From assembly GCA_038134595.1 (NCBI GenBank), contig JAYPVM010000008.1, positions 50,011 through 114,010 on the forward strand: 64,000 bases of DNA. Direction: 5' to 3'. Shown here piece after piece: positions 1 through 9,812 of the stretch; positions within the stretch are counted from its first letter, which is position 1, and every line of letters starts with the position of its first letter. The DNA comes from Pseudomonadota bacterium (GTDB taxonomy: Bacteria > Bdellovibrionota_C > UBA2361 > OMII01). The position numbers and the translations under genes were made by a program. The notes beneath the pieces were generated by a model, which searched no databases, had not been told where the DNA came from, and worked only from the letters and a program-made list of their open reading frames with translations.

Positions 1-1
1 C

Positions 2-556
2 GATGTTATCTGTCACGGTATTCCAGCGCCGTTTGTAATTCTTCAAGCGGGAGACATCGTCAACGTTGATGTGACCTCTTACAAAAACGGTTTCCATGGA
101 GATTCTAGCCGAATGTTTTTTGTCGGTGGAAGAGACGCGTGCTCTGATGAGTCGCAAAGACTAGTTGATGCAGCGCGAGAATCTCTCTATGTGGGTATTA
201 AGGCTGTGGCCCCAGGCAACCGAATAGGAGATATCGGCGCGGCAATTCAAGCGTTTATTCAGTCGAATCATCCTGAGTATGGAATTGTGAGAGAGTACAC
301 AGGACACGGCCTAGGGCGCCAATTCCACGAGGCTCCTCAAGTGGTACACGTTGCCAGAAAGGGAACTGGACCGGTTATGAAACCAGGGATGACTTTTACA
401 ATTGAGCCAATGATTAATGCAGGCTCGTACAAGACGGTGCTTTCGCAGGTCGATGGATGGACAGTCCGTACTGCTGATGGCTCGCTGTCAGCTCAGTGGG
501 AGCACACCCTAGTGGTCACTGAAGATGGTTGTGAGATTCTTACAGAAAGTAAGTAA
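2..556 (+). CDS. map: Methionine aminopeptidase type I (5' part outside window)
   Basis: Frame open from base 2 (DVICHGIP); motifs GFHGDSSR, YTGHGLG..FHE, FTIEPMIN, SAQWEHT. Confidence 0.97.
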   Translation, partial: DVICHGIPAPFVILQAGDIVNVDVTSYKNGFHGDSSRMFFVGGRDACSDESQRLVDAARESLYVGIKAVAPGNRIGDIGAAIQAFIQSNHPEYGIVREYTGHGLGRQFHEAPQVVHVARKGTGPVMKPGMTFTIEPMINAGSYKTVLSQVDGWTVRTADGSLSAQWEHTLVVTEDGCEILTESK

Positions 557-778
557 TACATCTCTGGTAGAAAAACCTGTGTGGTGATCCCGTGTCTACT
601 CTGTTTTTGGAGCTCATTCGGGGGCGGATTCTTACGCCTCATTCTCTTAGTTTCGGCTCAATAAAAAAGAGCCGAGTTGTTGTGATACGGTGGTGCGTGC
701 AGCGTTGTTCCATCCTGACACGAACTACATCTCTTTTTGTGGAGAGCTCCGCCTGCCTGAGGCTACAAGAGAGGATCT

Positions 779-2353
779 TTATTCTTCAGTCTCGTCCTCG
801 TCGCCGTGCCCGTTGTCATCTCGCACTATTGCAAAGCGTTGCATGCCACGAGACTCTACGACGAAGCGTAACCCTTTAGTAAGGTCCCCTTTGCTGATTG
901 CATCTCTAAATTCATCAATTGAATTCACATCCTTTCCGTCGACACTGATTATCACATCGCCCGGTTGAAGCTCGGCATTTGCGGCAGGTCCACGAGGATC
1001 GATTCCTGATATGAATATACCACGGCTTCTCTCTGTTCGAGGTTTACGGGGCGAAGCGCTCGTAAACTCTTCGACTGTTACGCCTACGTCATCTACTGCA
1101 CCATCTGGTTCCTGCTCTGTTTCTAGCGTTTGCGATGGAAGCTCGCCGATTGTTACCGTTCGAGTAAGCTTTTTGCCGTTTCTTACCACTAAGATAGATG
1201 CACGAGTGTTGGGTTTGATGCCCGCTATTAAGTTTCGTAGTTGGTTTACGTTCTTAATTCGTGATGATTCAACTTTGATGATGATATCACCCTGTTTAAA
1301 TCCCGCAGATTTGGCTGGCCCGTCTGGATCAACGTGGCCCACTAATGCGCCATCTGTCGAGGAGTAGTTGAAAGACTCTGAGAGATCTTCGGTTAGATTT
1401 TGAATACCAACACCGAGCCAACCGCGTGTTACCTTTCCGTTAGAGATAAGACTTGTTAGTACTTGTTTTGCCATGTTGATCGGGATTGCAAATCCAATGC
1501 CCATGTACCCGCCGGATTTAGAGACGATAGCAGTGTTAATGCCCACCACTTCTCCACGGAGGTTGACGAGGGGGCCGCCACTGTTTCCAGGGTTAATGGC
1601 GGCATCAGTTTGGATGAAATCCTCATATTGAGCACCACCGGATAGCGCCCGTCCTTTTGCAGAGACGATACCTGCTGTAATTGTGTTGTCTAATCCAAAG
1701 CTAGCACCTGCTGCCACAACCCATTCACCTATTTTGAGCCCATCGGAGTCGCCGAGCTGAGCTGGTTTGGCAAGTTCCTCGCGTACCTTGATTTTTATGA
1801 CGGCAAGATCCGTTCTTGGGTCGGTACCAACCACTTTAGCCTTCACCGTTTTTTCGTTGGCTAACCGGACCGTGACTTCATCAGCGTCTCCAAGAACGTG
1901 GTTGTTGGTCAGAATGTGGCCACTTTCGTCGACGATCACACCGGTCCCAAGCCCTCGTTGGGGAGTAGGGGCCATTTTGTCTACAAAGTCATCGCCAAAA
2001 AACTCTCGTAATGGATCGCGCCCCTTCTTGTTTTTGCGTTTCTTGGGGGAGCTCTCGGTCGAAATTGTTACCACTGAGGGAGTGATATTTTCCGCTACCC
2101 GTTCAAAGGCCTGTGAAAGCTCTTCAGCGACCCGCGCGCCTGGAATTACAGCGGTCTCTTCGGCGGTAATTGTAGTCGGGCGCAAGACGAAGCCTGTTCC
2201 GACGAGCAGAGCAAAAGCTAGGGTAACGCTTCGTTTCAATTGTGGAATACATCTTAAGGTTCGACTATAAGATGGAGCTCCAACGTTGGAAGGAGTTATT
2301 TGAAGGTTAGCTGATAAGTCTGATTGAGTCGGGGTCTGTTCTTTGCTTTTCAT
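779..2353 (-). CDS. degP: Periplasmic HtrA/DegP (Do) family serine protease with two PDZ domains
   Basis: TNNHV, DLAVIK and DAAINPGNSGGPL triad motifs; PDZ motifs GWLGV and GPAANAEL; N-terminal hydrophobic segment. Confidence 0.93.
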   Translation of the reverse strand: MKSKEQTPTQSDLSANLQITPSNVGAPSYSRTLRCIPQLKRSVTLAFALLVGTGFVLRPTTITAEETAVIPGARVAEELSQAFERVAENITPSVVTISTESSPKKRKNKKGRDPLREFFGDDFVDKMAPTPQRGLGTGVIVDESGHILTNNHVLGDADEVTVRLANEKTVKAKVVGTDPRTDLAVIKIKVREELAKPAQLGDSDGLKIGEWVVAAGASFGLDNTITAGIVSAKGRALSGGAQYEDFIQTDAAINPGNSGGPLVNLRGEVVGINTAIVSKSGGYMGIGFAIPINMAKQVLTSLISNGKVTRGWLGVGIQNLTEDLSESFNYSSTDGALVGHVDPDGPAKSAGFKQGDIIIKVESSRIKNVNQLRNLIAGIKPNTRASILVVRNGKKLTRTVTIGELPSQTLETEQEPDGAVDDVGVTVEEFTSASPRKPRTERSRGIFISGIDPRGPAANAELQPGDVIISVDGKDVNSIDEFRDAISKGDLTKGLRFVVESRGMQRFAIVRDDNGHGDEDETEE

Positions 2354-2437
2354 AGGTTTTGTAAAAGTTTAAGGATATAATACACCTTTGCGATCGTGTA
2401 CCATGAAAGACGACAACCCGAAAGGAATATTCAAGTA

Positions 2438-3151
2438 ATGTCAAAAAGGAATGGGAAAGACCTGAGAGTAGAGAGGATGCCGGTGATCATATACCTGCAT
2501 GGACTAGGATCCTCTCCTGAGGCTCATAAGGCGACAGTTTTTCGCTCTTTTTTTTCGGAGCGAGGGCACAGAGTTGAAGTTCCTAATTTGACGATCCCAA
2601 GTTTTGAGAATCTTTCGGTTGATACAGCGGTGCGTCTCATTGTGGACCGACTGATAGACCTAGGTCGTGAGAACGATGTTATTGTGCTAGGGAGTAGTTA
2701 TGGCGCGTTTCTGGGAATTCAGAGTGTTGAACAGCTATCTCCATCTGAACGACAGTCAATTAAGGCGATGTTCTTTTTTGCACCTTTATTATATCCGTGG
2801 CATGAGCAGTACGGATTGATATCTCCTAAGTTAGAACGGCAATGGATAGCCGATGGAGTGCTTGAACTGCCCTCAGGAGAGCCTCCACAGATGGTGCCGG
2901 TTCGTGTTAATTTTTTGCGCGAGTTGCGACGGTATCCGATGGTTCAAATCGACAATGACATAGCAGTTACGTTGTTTCACGGGGAGCAGGATGAGGTGGT
3001 GCCGATTGAGCAAAGCAAACTCTATGTAGAGATGTGTCCTCATGTCGAGCTTGTTACAATGGCTGGGGACCACGGGCTCTTTGAGTACGATGACACGTTA
3101 ACCGAAGCGGTTTGGAGGCGGATGTCCGAGTTGCTGCGCACGTCGCGGTAA
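2438..3151 (+). CDS. YqiA/YcfP-like alpha/beta-hydrolase (esterase); start uncertain (2396/2438/2477)
   Basis: YLHGLGSS, GSSYG nucleophile elbow, HGEQDEVVP, GDH. Confidence 0.85.
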   Translation: MSKRNGKDLRVERMPVIIYLHGLGSSPEAHKATVFRSFFSERGHRVEVPNLTIPSFENLSVDTAVRLIVDRLIDLGRENDVIVLGSSYGAFLGIQSVEQLSPSERQSIKAMFFFAPLLYPWHEQYGLISPKLERQWIADGVLELPSGEPPQMVPVRVNFLRELRRYPMVQIDNDIAVTLFHGEQDEVVPIEQSKLYVEMCPHVELVTMAGDHGLFEYDDTLTEAVWRRMSELLRTSR

Positions 3152-3384
3152 TTTTTGGGCGCTAGCAGGGTGGTGAAAAAAGGTTCCGTCGTGAGCATTT
3201 TGAGAGTTTTGACGAAACGAGGCGGAGACGACGAAAAAACCGGAGGCGTATCCACTGAGATACGTTGAGGATTTTTTCGGCGGCTCCAACGAAGTTGCAG
3301 TCGAACTATCGAAATGCGCAACAGGAAATCATTTTTCACCACCCTGCTAGGAGATTAACAGAAGGTTATGGCATACTGGTTCTA

Positions 3385-4839
3385 ATGAACGTTTCATCGA
3401 AATCAAGGATTATTGTTTACATCGTTATTATTGCCGTATTGGTGATTGTCGGGCTTTTTGGCGCTGAGAGTGTTTTTGGTCCGAGAGAGAGTGTCGTTGA
3501 GATGTTTCCAGTTACATCGGAATCTCCAGCGGTACAAAGTGGCGTGGTAGTTCCTGCCCCGCAACATACCCCGTCGGGGCGCAGGGCAAAGAAACGTAGC
3601 GCGCGGCGAGATGCTTCGTTCGAGCAGCAACTTAGAGCGCTTAAGTCAGGAGAGGTTGGAGTTGCCGACTCTGAGGCGGGCTCTCAAGGTGGTTCTAATG
3701 GGCCAATCAGTGAAATTATAGGTAGGTCGACTCAGGATCAAAGCTCTACAGGGGCGCTGAGTGACGATGTGGCGTCTGTGAAGGGAACTGCCGGGACGCA
3801 AGAACGAACGTCAAAGGACGACGATGTTTCAAACGAAGATCCTCTCGATTTTCTCGGCGGGATTATGGTTAGTAACAACACTGGGCTACAGGCTGTCGTG
3901 ACACCGCAAGTAACCCCTCAAACGGGACGCCCGTGGGTGAGAGGGCAGGCAAGGGGGTACACGATGCTGTCTGCGATGCAACCGGAAGCACGGGTTGTTG
4001 TCGAGACGCAGGTTGAGACGCTCCTTTCGGCGAAAATAAGGGAGCCATATATCGGCGTGCTGATTGATGGCACCTTTGGTCGGGACTTTACGTATCTAAA
4101 AGATGTTATCGAGCGATTGTCTGGCGATGGAAGAGCGCTGACACTAGCACTATATTTAACGAATGGACCCACGATGCGCAAATGGCGCGAGACCCCAATT
4201 GATGCACTCTTTTCGAGGATTAATCCCTCTGATTTTCGTCAGCGAATCAGGCGAGAACAGCAGCTCCAAGCGCAATTTTTGGCCGTAGTGCTTCAAGCAA
4301 AAGATGTTTTTGAGTTTAACATCAGTTTGAATTCGGGAAACAATAACGTTGCGATTGTTATGCTAGAGGATAATCTCGATAGTTTTGCATATCGAGCGAT
4401 GAGAGAGATTGCGTCAGCAGAGATCGGCTCACTTGCGGGCTTTATCCGTAATCCATGTCTGGGATGTTATGAAGGCAATGATGACATTACTTTGGGAGAT
4501 CCCCGAGAGGAGCATAAGCTTGAGCGATATAACATTCTCAAGCGTGGAGATGCTTATTCGTTGGATGGCTTGGGATTCTCATATCCAGATGGAAGTGGAA
4601 ACGGCCTGGCGGCGGCACAGCTTCGAGACTTAATGGTAAACTCCTACTCACGTGGCTTGCGTTATGTTGGATTGTGGCGGTATGAGTGGCAGGGCTTAGA
4701 GTTTGGGGGTGGGAATCCGCGCCCAGAAACACGAACCCACACGCCAAGCAATCCGGATCAACAAGAGTTTGAGATAGAGATGCTTCGAGAGGGGTTGGTT
4801 GCAGAGACAGATGGCATAAGCGTTGATGATGAATTGTAA
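3385..4839 (+). CDS. Membrane-anchored hypothetical protein (TM anchor, disordered linker, ~300-aa globular C-terminal domain)
   Basis: Long ORF; ATG 3385 precedes hydrophobic IIVYIVIIAVLVIVGLFG. Confidence 0.75.
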   Translation: MNVSSKSRIIVYIVIIAVLVIVGLFGAESVFGPRESVVEMFPVTSESPAVQSGVVVPAPQHTPSGRRAKKRSARRDASFEQQLRALKSGEVGVADSEAGSQGGSNGPISEIIGRSTQDQSSTGALSDDVASVKGTAGTQERTSKDDDVSNEDPLDFLGGIMVSNNTGLQAVVTPQVTPQTGRPWVRGQARGYTMLSAMQPEARVVVETQVETLLSAKIREPYIGVLIDGTFGRDFTYLKDVIERLSGDGRALTLALYLTNGPTMRKWRETPIDALFSRINPSDFRQRIRREQQLQAQFLAVVLQAKDVFEFNISLNSGNNNVAIVMLEDNLDSFAYRAMREIASAEIGSLAGFIRNPCLGCYEGNDDITLGDPREEHKLERYNILKRGDAYSLDGLGFSYPDGSGNGLAAAQLRDLMVNSYSRGLRYVGLWRYEWQGLEFGGGNPRPETRTHTPSNPDQQEFEIEMLREGLVAETDGISVDDEL

Positions 4840-4876
4840 GTGAGGTGCGCACGTGCGTGGTGTTGACGGATAGGGT

Positions 4877-5401
4877 GTGGTTATGGAGATGCAAGTGATG
4901 AATAGAAATACTTTTGAGGAGCTACTTGATGCGTTGCAGGCTGACCTCACGTTTGCTGACGAGAGTCTGTTTCCCCTTGAGGCCGTGGTCGAGGTGGCAA
5001 AAACACATGCGGCACCGCGGCAAGAAGCTTTTCGAGATTGTGCTCTGGCAACATCTGAGAGTTTGGTTTTGTTGTTGGCGCTTGATATCACCGTTGCTGC
5101 CGCTGGCCTTGCCATTAAGAGGCTGGCGCACGATGAGCGAGGCGCAGTGGGTGGTGTTAGAGAGGATGTAGTCGATATTTGGGGACGAGCACAGGCGGCT
5201 CGATGCCTCTGGTATGACGTCATTGTAGGGGGCGAGAAAGGGGAGGGACTTCATCAATCTAAAGAGACACTTGTCCGACTTGCTTCAGACGCTGTTGGCG
5301 TTTCAAAACGATTGGGGTGTTTAGTCGCTCAATATGTTGAATTTACATCACAAATCGACAGCATGGTTTTTCCTAAAAGCTTTGAGATTCCGAGCTCTTG
5401 A
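4877..5401 (+). CDS. Hypothetical helical protein
   Basis: 174-aa ORF co-oriented with neighbours; no recognised motif; start uncertain. Confidence 0.55.
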   Translation: MVMEMQVMNRNTFEELLDALQADLTFADESLFPLEAVVEVAKTHAAPRQEAFRDCALATSESLVLLLALDITVAAAGLAIKRLAHDERGAVGGVREDVVDIWGRAQAARCLWYDVIVGGEKGEGLHQSKETLVRLASDAVGVSKRLGCLVAQYVEFTSQIDSMVFPKSFEIPSS

Positions 5402-5677
5402 CCACAAATGTGGTTGTGATAACCTCCGTGTTCTTGTGTAATCGGGCTTTGCCCGTTGGCTTTTCGTTGGGAGATTGGCGACAAGGTGTTGTGCGGGAGT
5501 TTGCCGTACAAGTGACTGGATCGATTTAACCTCAACCGAAGCCCAACACCGGATTTGAGAGGGCTAGATTCTAGAAGTTTGGCCAGTGAGCTAGCGATGT
5601 AATAAGCTTCAAACTAGAAGCGGATGTTCCTAGCGATAATCGTTTAAAATAGTGTAAACACACTGGTAGAAGAAGTT

Positions 5678-6118
5678 ATGAGTACCAAATTTGTTTCAGC
5701 AGAAGCCGCTCGCGAAGGAGCCGCATGGTGGGTAATAGATGCCACAGACGTTCCAGTCGGACGTTTGGCTACAGAAGCTGCTCGATTGATTCGAGGAAAA
5801 CACAAGCCGACATTTACGCCAAATGTAGATGGGGGTGATTTTGTTGTTGTTGTCAACGCTGAGAAGGTTAAGCTAACAGGTGCGAAGCTTCAGAATAAGG
5901 TATATCGACATGTGACAGGATATATCGGAGGACTTAAAGAGATACCGGCTCGTAAGATGCTCGAAACTCATCCTGAGCGGGTTGTTGAGCGTGCAGTTAA
6001 AGGCATGCTTCCTGAAGGAGTTCTCGGACACAGGCTCAACGGTAAGTTAAAAGTGTACAAGGGCAGTGAGCATCCACACGTGGCGCAAACTCCTCAGCAG
6101 TACACGATTACGAAATAG
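5678..6118 (+). CDS. rplM: 50S ribosomal protein L13
   Basis: [32 protein letters not shown]. Confidence 0.99.
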   Translation: MSTKFVSAEAAREGAAWWVIDATDVPVGRLATEAARLIRGKHKPTFTPNVDGGDFVVVVNAEKVKLTGAKLQNKVYRHVTGYIGGLKEIPARKMLETHPERVVERAVKGMLPEGVLGHRLNGKLKVYKGSEHPHVAQTPQQYTITK

Positions 6119-6154
6119 TTTTTGGTTATAGCATTAGCAAGGATAAGGAGAGTC

Positions 6155-6550
6155 ATGATTAAGGGTGGTGGTTTTCACGCAGTAGGACGCCGAAAGACAG
6201 CAGTCGCTCGGGTATATGTTCGCCCAGGTACAGGTAAGTTCGTTGTAAATGGTAAGAACACATCAGAATATTTTGGTCGTTTGAGCCTTGAACTCATTCT
6301 CAAGAGTCCGCTTGTTGCGACAGATACAATCGAGAAGTTTGATATATTAGCCAATTGCACTGGCGGTGGTTTGAGTGGACAGGCTGGCGCTCTTAAGATG
6401 GCTCTTGGTCGTGTGCTTTGTCAGGTTGATTCTGAGATGCGCCCTACGGTAAAGGCTATTGGGGCTCTCACTCGTGATGCACGAGAGGTCGAGCGTAAGA
6501 AGTACGGTCGGCACAAAGCTCGGAAGCGACCACAGTTCTCGAAGCGTTAA
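6155..6550 (+). CDS. rpsI: 30S ribosomal protein S9
   Basis: GRRKTAVARV, GGGLSGQAGA, C-terminal RKRPQFSKR; AAGGAG SD before ATG 6155. Confidence 0.99.
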   Translation: MIKGGGFHAVGRRKTAVARVYVRPGTGKFVVNGKNTSEYFGRLSLELILKSPLVATDTIEKFDILANCTGGGLSGQAGALKMALGRVLCQVDSEMRPTVKAIGALTRDAREVERKKYGRHKARKRPQFSKR

Positions 6551-6598
6551 TCGTTTCCCAGTATTCATTCTCCTTTGGAAATTCCCAGGGAGAAGCAG

Positions 6599-6632
6599 AA
6601 AAAAGAGCGACTCCATGTCGCTCTTTTTTTTT
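6599..6632 (+). terminator. Intrinsic terminator of rplM-rpsI (possibly bidirectional)
   Basis: AAAAAAGAGCGAC-TCCAT-GTCGCTC followed by T9. Confidence 0.9.
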
Positions 6633-6981
6633 GTTTTATATGATGCGGAGTGTTGATTGAAGTGCTTGAAGGCTGTTGAATCGGGTCAATAACGATTTTA
6701 ATTCACGACGCTTTTCGTCGTGTGGCTGTATCGTTGGCCTGTCAAAGGTTGTGCTATGCTGGGCCTACAATCGTAGTTTTCATGAATCGATGCTTTTAGA
6801 GCGTGTTCGATAGAGAGAATGCGAAAATTAGGTCTGCTCCGCCCCAGACGATATCTATAATTTGTAGAAACGTATTTGTGTAGATAGCTATTGGCGCACC
6901 TCCCAAATAAGTTGGAGCCTTTACTATCCAATAAATGCCACCTTCTTTTTTATGGCGAAGAGATGATAGAGTGTTGCCATT

Positions 6982-7767
6982 ATGAACACGATTATTGTTA
7001 TTCCAGCCCGATTCGCTTCCTCACGTTTTCCCGGTAAGCCGCTTGTTGAGGTGGCCGGGATAAGTCTGATTGCGAGAGTTCTTCGATTGTCTCAATCTGT
7101 ACCCGGTGTGGATGGGGTCTTCGTAGCGACAGACAGCTCTGAAATTGCTGAACACGTAGAGGCATTAGGGGGTAGGGTCATTATGACGTCTGAGCAGTGC
7201 CGAAATGGCTCGGAACGGGTGTGGGAGGCGGTTAACACCTTAGAGGAAAAACCTAAAACAATCATCAATGTGCAGGGAGATGCGGTGCTGATGCCGCCCT
7301 GGATAATTCAAGCACTTGTTGATGAAATGAGCAAAGACGGCTCCATTCAGATTGCAACGCCAGCTTCTAGGCTCTCAAAGGACCAATACGATTCGATGAC
7401 TGCTATGAAGGGCAGTGGTATCGTTTCAGGCACAACCGTTACCACTTCAAAAAGCGGCAATGCCCTGTATTTTTCAAAGACAGTGATTCCCCACATTCGA
7501 GAGTGGCCTCTTAATCGGTCAGTGCCGGTGATGCAACACATTGGTGTGTATGCCTATACCTACGAATCGCTAAAACGATACATTCATTTGCCGATGGGAG
7601 ATTTGGAATATGTGGAGCAATTAGAACAATTGCGTGCGCTTGAGAACGATATTCCAATTCGAGTTGTTGAGGTATCGCTGAAGGGAAGAACCATGTGGTC
7701 TATCGACAATCCAGAGGATGTTGCGAGGGTTGAGGAGATTATCACAGCGGAAGGAGAATTGGTGTGA
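6982..7767 (+). CDS. kdsB: CMP-KDO synthetase (3-deoxy-manno-octulosonate cytidylyltransferase)
   Basis: IPARFASSRFPGKPL, INVQGD, ALYFSK, HIGVYAY, EQLEQLRALEN. Confidence 0.95.
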   Translation: MNTIIVIPARFASSRFPGKPLVEVAGISLIARVLRLSQSVPGVDGVFVATDSSEIAEHVEALGGRVIMTSEQCRNGSERVWEAVNTLEEKPKTIINVQGDAVLMPPWIIQALVDEMSKDGSIQIATPASRLSKDQYDSMTAMKGSGIVSGTTVTTSKSGNALYFSKTVIPHIREWPLNRSVPVMQHIGVYAYTYESLKRYIHLPMGDLEYVEQLEQLRALENDIPIRVVEVSLKGRTMWSIDNPEDVARVEEIITAEGELV

Positions 7768-8405
7768 GTTCTCGATTAATCTTGTTGCGACATGGCAATA
7801 CGTTTTCTGATGGTGATAAGGTTGTCATGGTAGGAGCCAATGAGGATCTTCCGTTGACGGCGAAAGGATTGGAGCAAGCTACAGCGATGGGAGAAGCTCT
7901 GCGGCCTGTCGCTCAGACAGTGACTACACTTTTAGCTGGACCACTTTTGAGAACGGTACAGTTTGCCCATAGGCTTCAATCTGTGTCGGGGATTTTAGCT
8001 GATTGCACTGTAGATCCTCGCTTGATTGAGCTTGATTACGGGGCGTGGGGTGGGCTTTCTAATGAAGAGATCATCACGCTCTCTGGTCAGGAGGCTCTCG
8101 AAAATTGGCAAATTCATGGAAAGCGCCCCAGCGGCATTGTTTTTAAGCCAAGCGAAAAGCAGTTGGCGGAAGAAACAGCGAGTGTTCTCGATGAGTTTTC
8201 TCAGGTACAGGGCACCGGTATCATAGTGAGTAGTAACGGTCGTTTGCGAGAGTATGCTCGGCTGATTGAGGGAGAGGATAGTAGCGGTGCAAAAGTCAAA
8301 ACTGGGCATGCTTGTATTGTAGATTTTTCTGATGAAGCGTGGCAGATAGTTGCTTGGGACGTTGCTCCGGATGCCTTGCACGCAGTCCTTTCAGAAGAGC
8401 GGTAA
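7764..8405 (+). CDS. Histidine phosphatase superfamily protein, translationally coupled to kdsB
   Basis: LLRHG motif, PLT..G..QA, RLIELDYGAW; GTGA overlap with kdsB stop. Confidence 0.88.
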   Translation: MSSRLILLRHGNTFSDGDKVVMVGANEDLPLTAKGLEQATAMGEALRPVAQTVTTLLAGPLLRTVQFAHRLQSVSGILADCTVDPRLIELDYGAWGGLSNEEIITLSGQEALENWQIHGKRPSGIVFKPSEKQLAEETASVLDEFSQVQGTGIIVSSNGRLREYARLIEGEDSSGAKVKTGHACIVDFSDEAWQIVAWDVAPDALHAVLSEER

Positions 8406-8418
8406 CCACCCTGCTAGG

Positions 8419-8453
8419 AGCCGGAAGGTTTTTTGTGCAAAAACCCTCCGGCT
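8419..8453. terminator. Hairpin between convergent genes (likely terminator)
   Basis: AGCCGGAAGGTTTTT...AAAAACCCTCCGGCT inverted repeat, one mismatch. Confidence 0.6.
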
Positions 8454-8465
8454 AGTCAGATGGTT

Positions 8466-9233
8466 CTATTTCTCAACACGTTTATCGGTATGTTTGATCG
8501 GTACGTGAATTATTTTCCCGCTGTCGAGTGTTATTACTACGATTGAACCCTTGGGGAACGCACTTCCGGGGCGGTTGAATCGGAAGTGTTCTCGGTTTCC
8601 GTTTCCGATGCCGGAGTATGTGCCCTTACCAACTCTCTTTGATTGATCTTTGGAGACGATCTTAACGCCTGTGACCTTTCCAGTGAGTCGCTCCGGTAAG
8701 ATAATAGCCAGGTTTCCGTCCTTATCTGATACAGGCTTCCAGAGAAAATCCTTTGTGAATTTCATCTTTGTACCGATATTGATTTGTTTGGTTGGCTGGC
8801 TTGGTTGGGACTCGGCCGCCGGCTTTGGCTGTTCCACAGGTTGTGCGGGCTCTTCTTTTTTAGGGCGGGCCGAATATTGTAGATTCTTTAAGTCAGGAAT
8901 GCGGGTGATAATGCCCCAGCCCCAATCATTGAGCCAAGCCCACCTACCTTTGAGAGCTCCGTGGTGATCGTGTTGGCATGATTGAGTCTCGGCTGGATTG
9001 GCTTCTTGATGTCCATCACTGAGACATCGCTCGCTAGTTTGATTTGTTTTGTCAGAATTGGAATCTTGACCGGCTAACGCTTTATACTCTGTCTCGAGAG
9101 AGTTGCTTTGCGTGGTAGTTTTTGTTGTCGTGGTCGAAACTGTCGAAGTAGTACTGACAGTCTCGGTGGTAGTTTCGGTTGATGTAGCGTTGGCTGTATA
9201 GCCTGATGAATCGACGCTAGAGATTCCTTCCAT
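8466..9233 (-). CDS. Hypothetical protein with Ser/Thr-rich N-terminus and compact basic beta-rich C-terminal domain
   Basis: AGAGGAG SD before ATG at 9233; C-terminal FLWKPVSDKDGNLAIILP...GNGNREHFRF. Confidence 0.75.
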   Translation of the reverse strand: MEGISSVDSSGYTANATSTETTTETVSTTSTVSTTTTKTTTQSNSLETEYKALAGQDSNSDKTNQTSERCLSDGHQEANPAETQSCQHDHHGALKGRWAWLNDWGWGIITRIPDLKNLQYSARPKKEEPAQPVEQPKPAAESQPSQPTKQINIGTKMKFTKDFLWKPVSDKDGNLAIILPERLTGKVTGVKIVSKDQSKRVGKGTYSGIGNGNREHFRFNRPGSAFPKGSIVVITLDSGKIIHVPIKHTDKRVEK

Positions 9234-9591
9234 GTCTGCTCCTCTATTAGATTGTATACAGTCTCCAATCAACACATTCCAAATGCCTAATGGGGGTCTT
9301 TGGTGTGTGTGCTGTACGGGTTTTTTTGAGGCATGTGCGTGTAAAGGGAGAGAGTTAATGCCACGCTCCCGAATAGCACATACGTTTGTATTGTCTATCG
9401 ACGTTTGATCGGAGAAGTTGCTTCTTAACAACAGGGAGCCTAAAGAGAGCTACTCTCCACGTACCGAAAGACTAAGCTTGGCACGGCCTGGCTTTCAGTA
9501 ATACATTAATTAGTTAGTTAACACTGCCTAGGTTAGGGTGATGAGGGGATTGGTTAGAGTATTAATGGTATATTGAGAAGGATAGTTTGTG

Positions 9592-9664
<73 letters not shown>

Positions 9665-9812
9665 AAACCAAGTTTTTTGGCTCCCCAATGGGTATCACGA
9701 GAAGAGATAAATAACAAGGCTTTGGTAGTAAATTATACGGAAATATTTTAGAGAAATTAGCTAGTTATGCGATCAAGGGTGCGCGGTCTTTGCTCAAGTG
9801 TTTAAAGCTCTG

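Noticed and set aside
592..2270. Antisense/shadow ORFs over degP (and similar ones over rplM, fliF, nadK, recN, sucCD)
   Set aside because: They overlap well-supported genes, lack motifs and have typical antisense composition
9479..9493. Sigma54-like TGGCACG motif
   Set aside because: GG-to-GC spacing is 9, not 10, and no plus-strand gene follows
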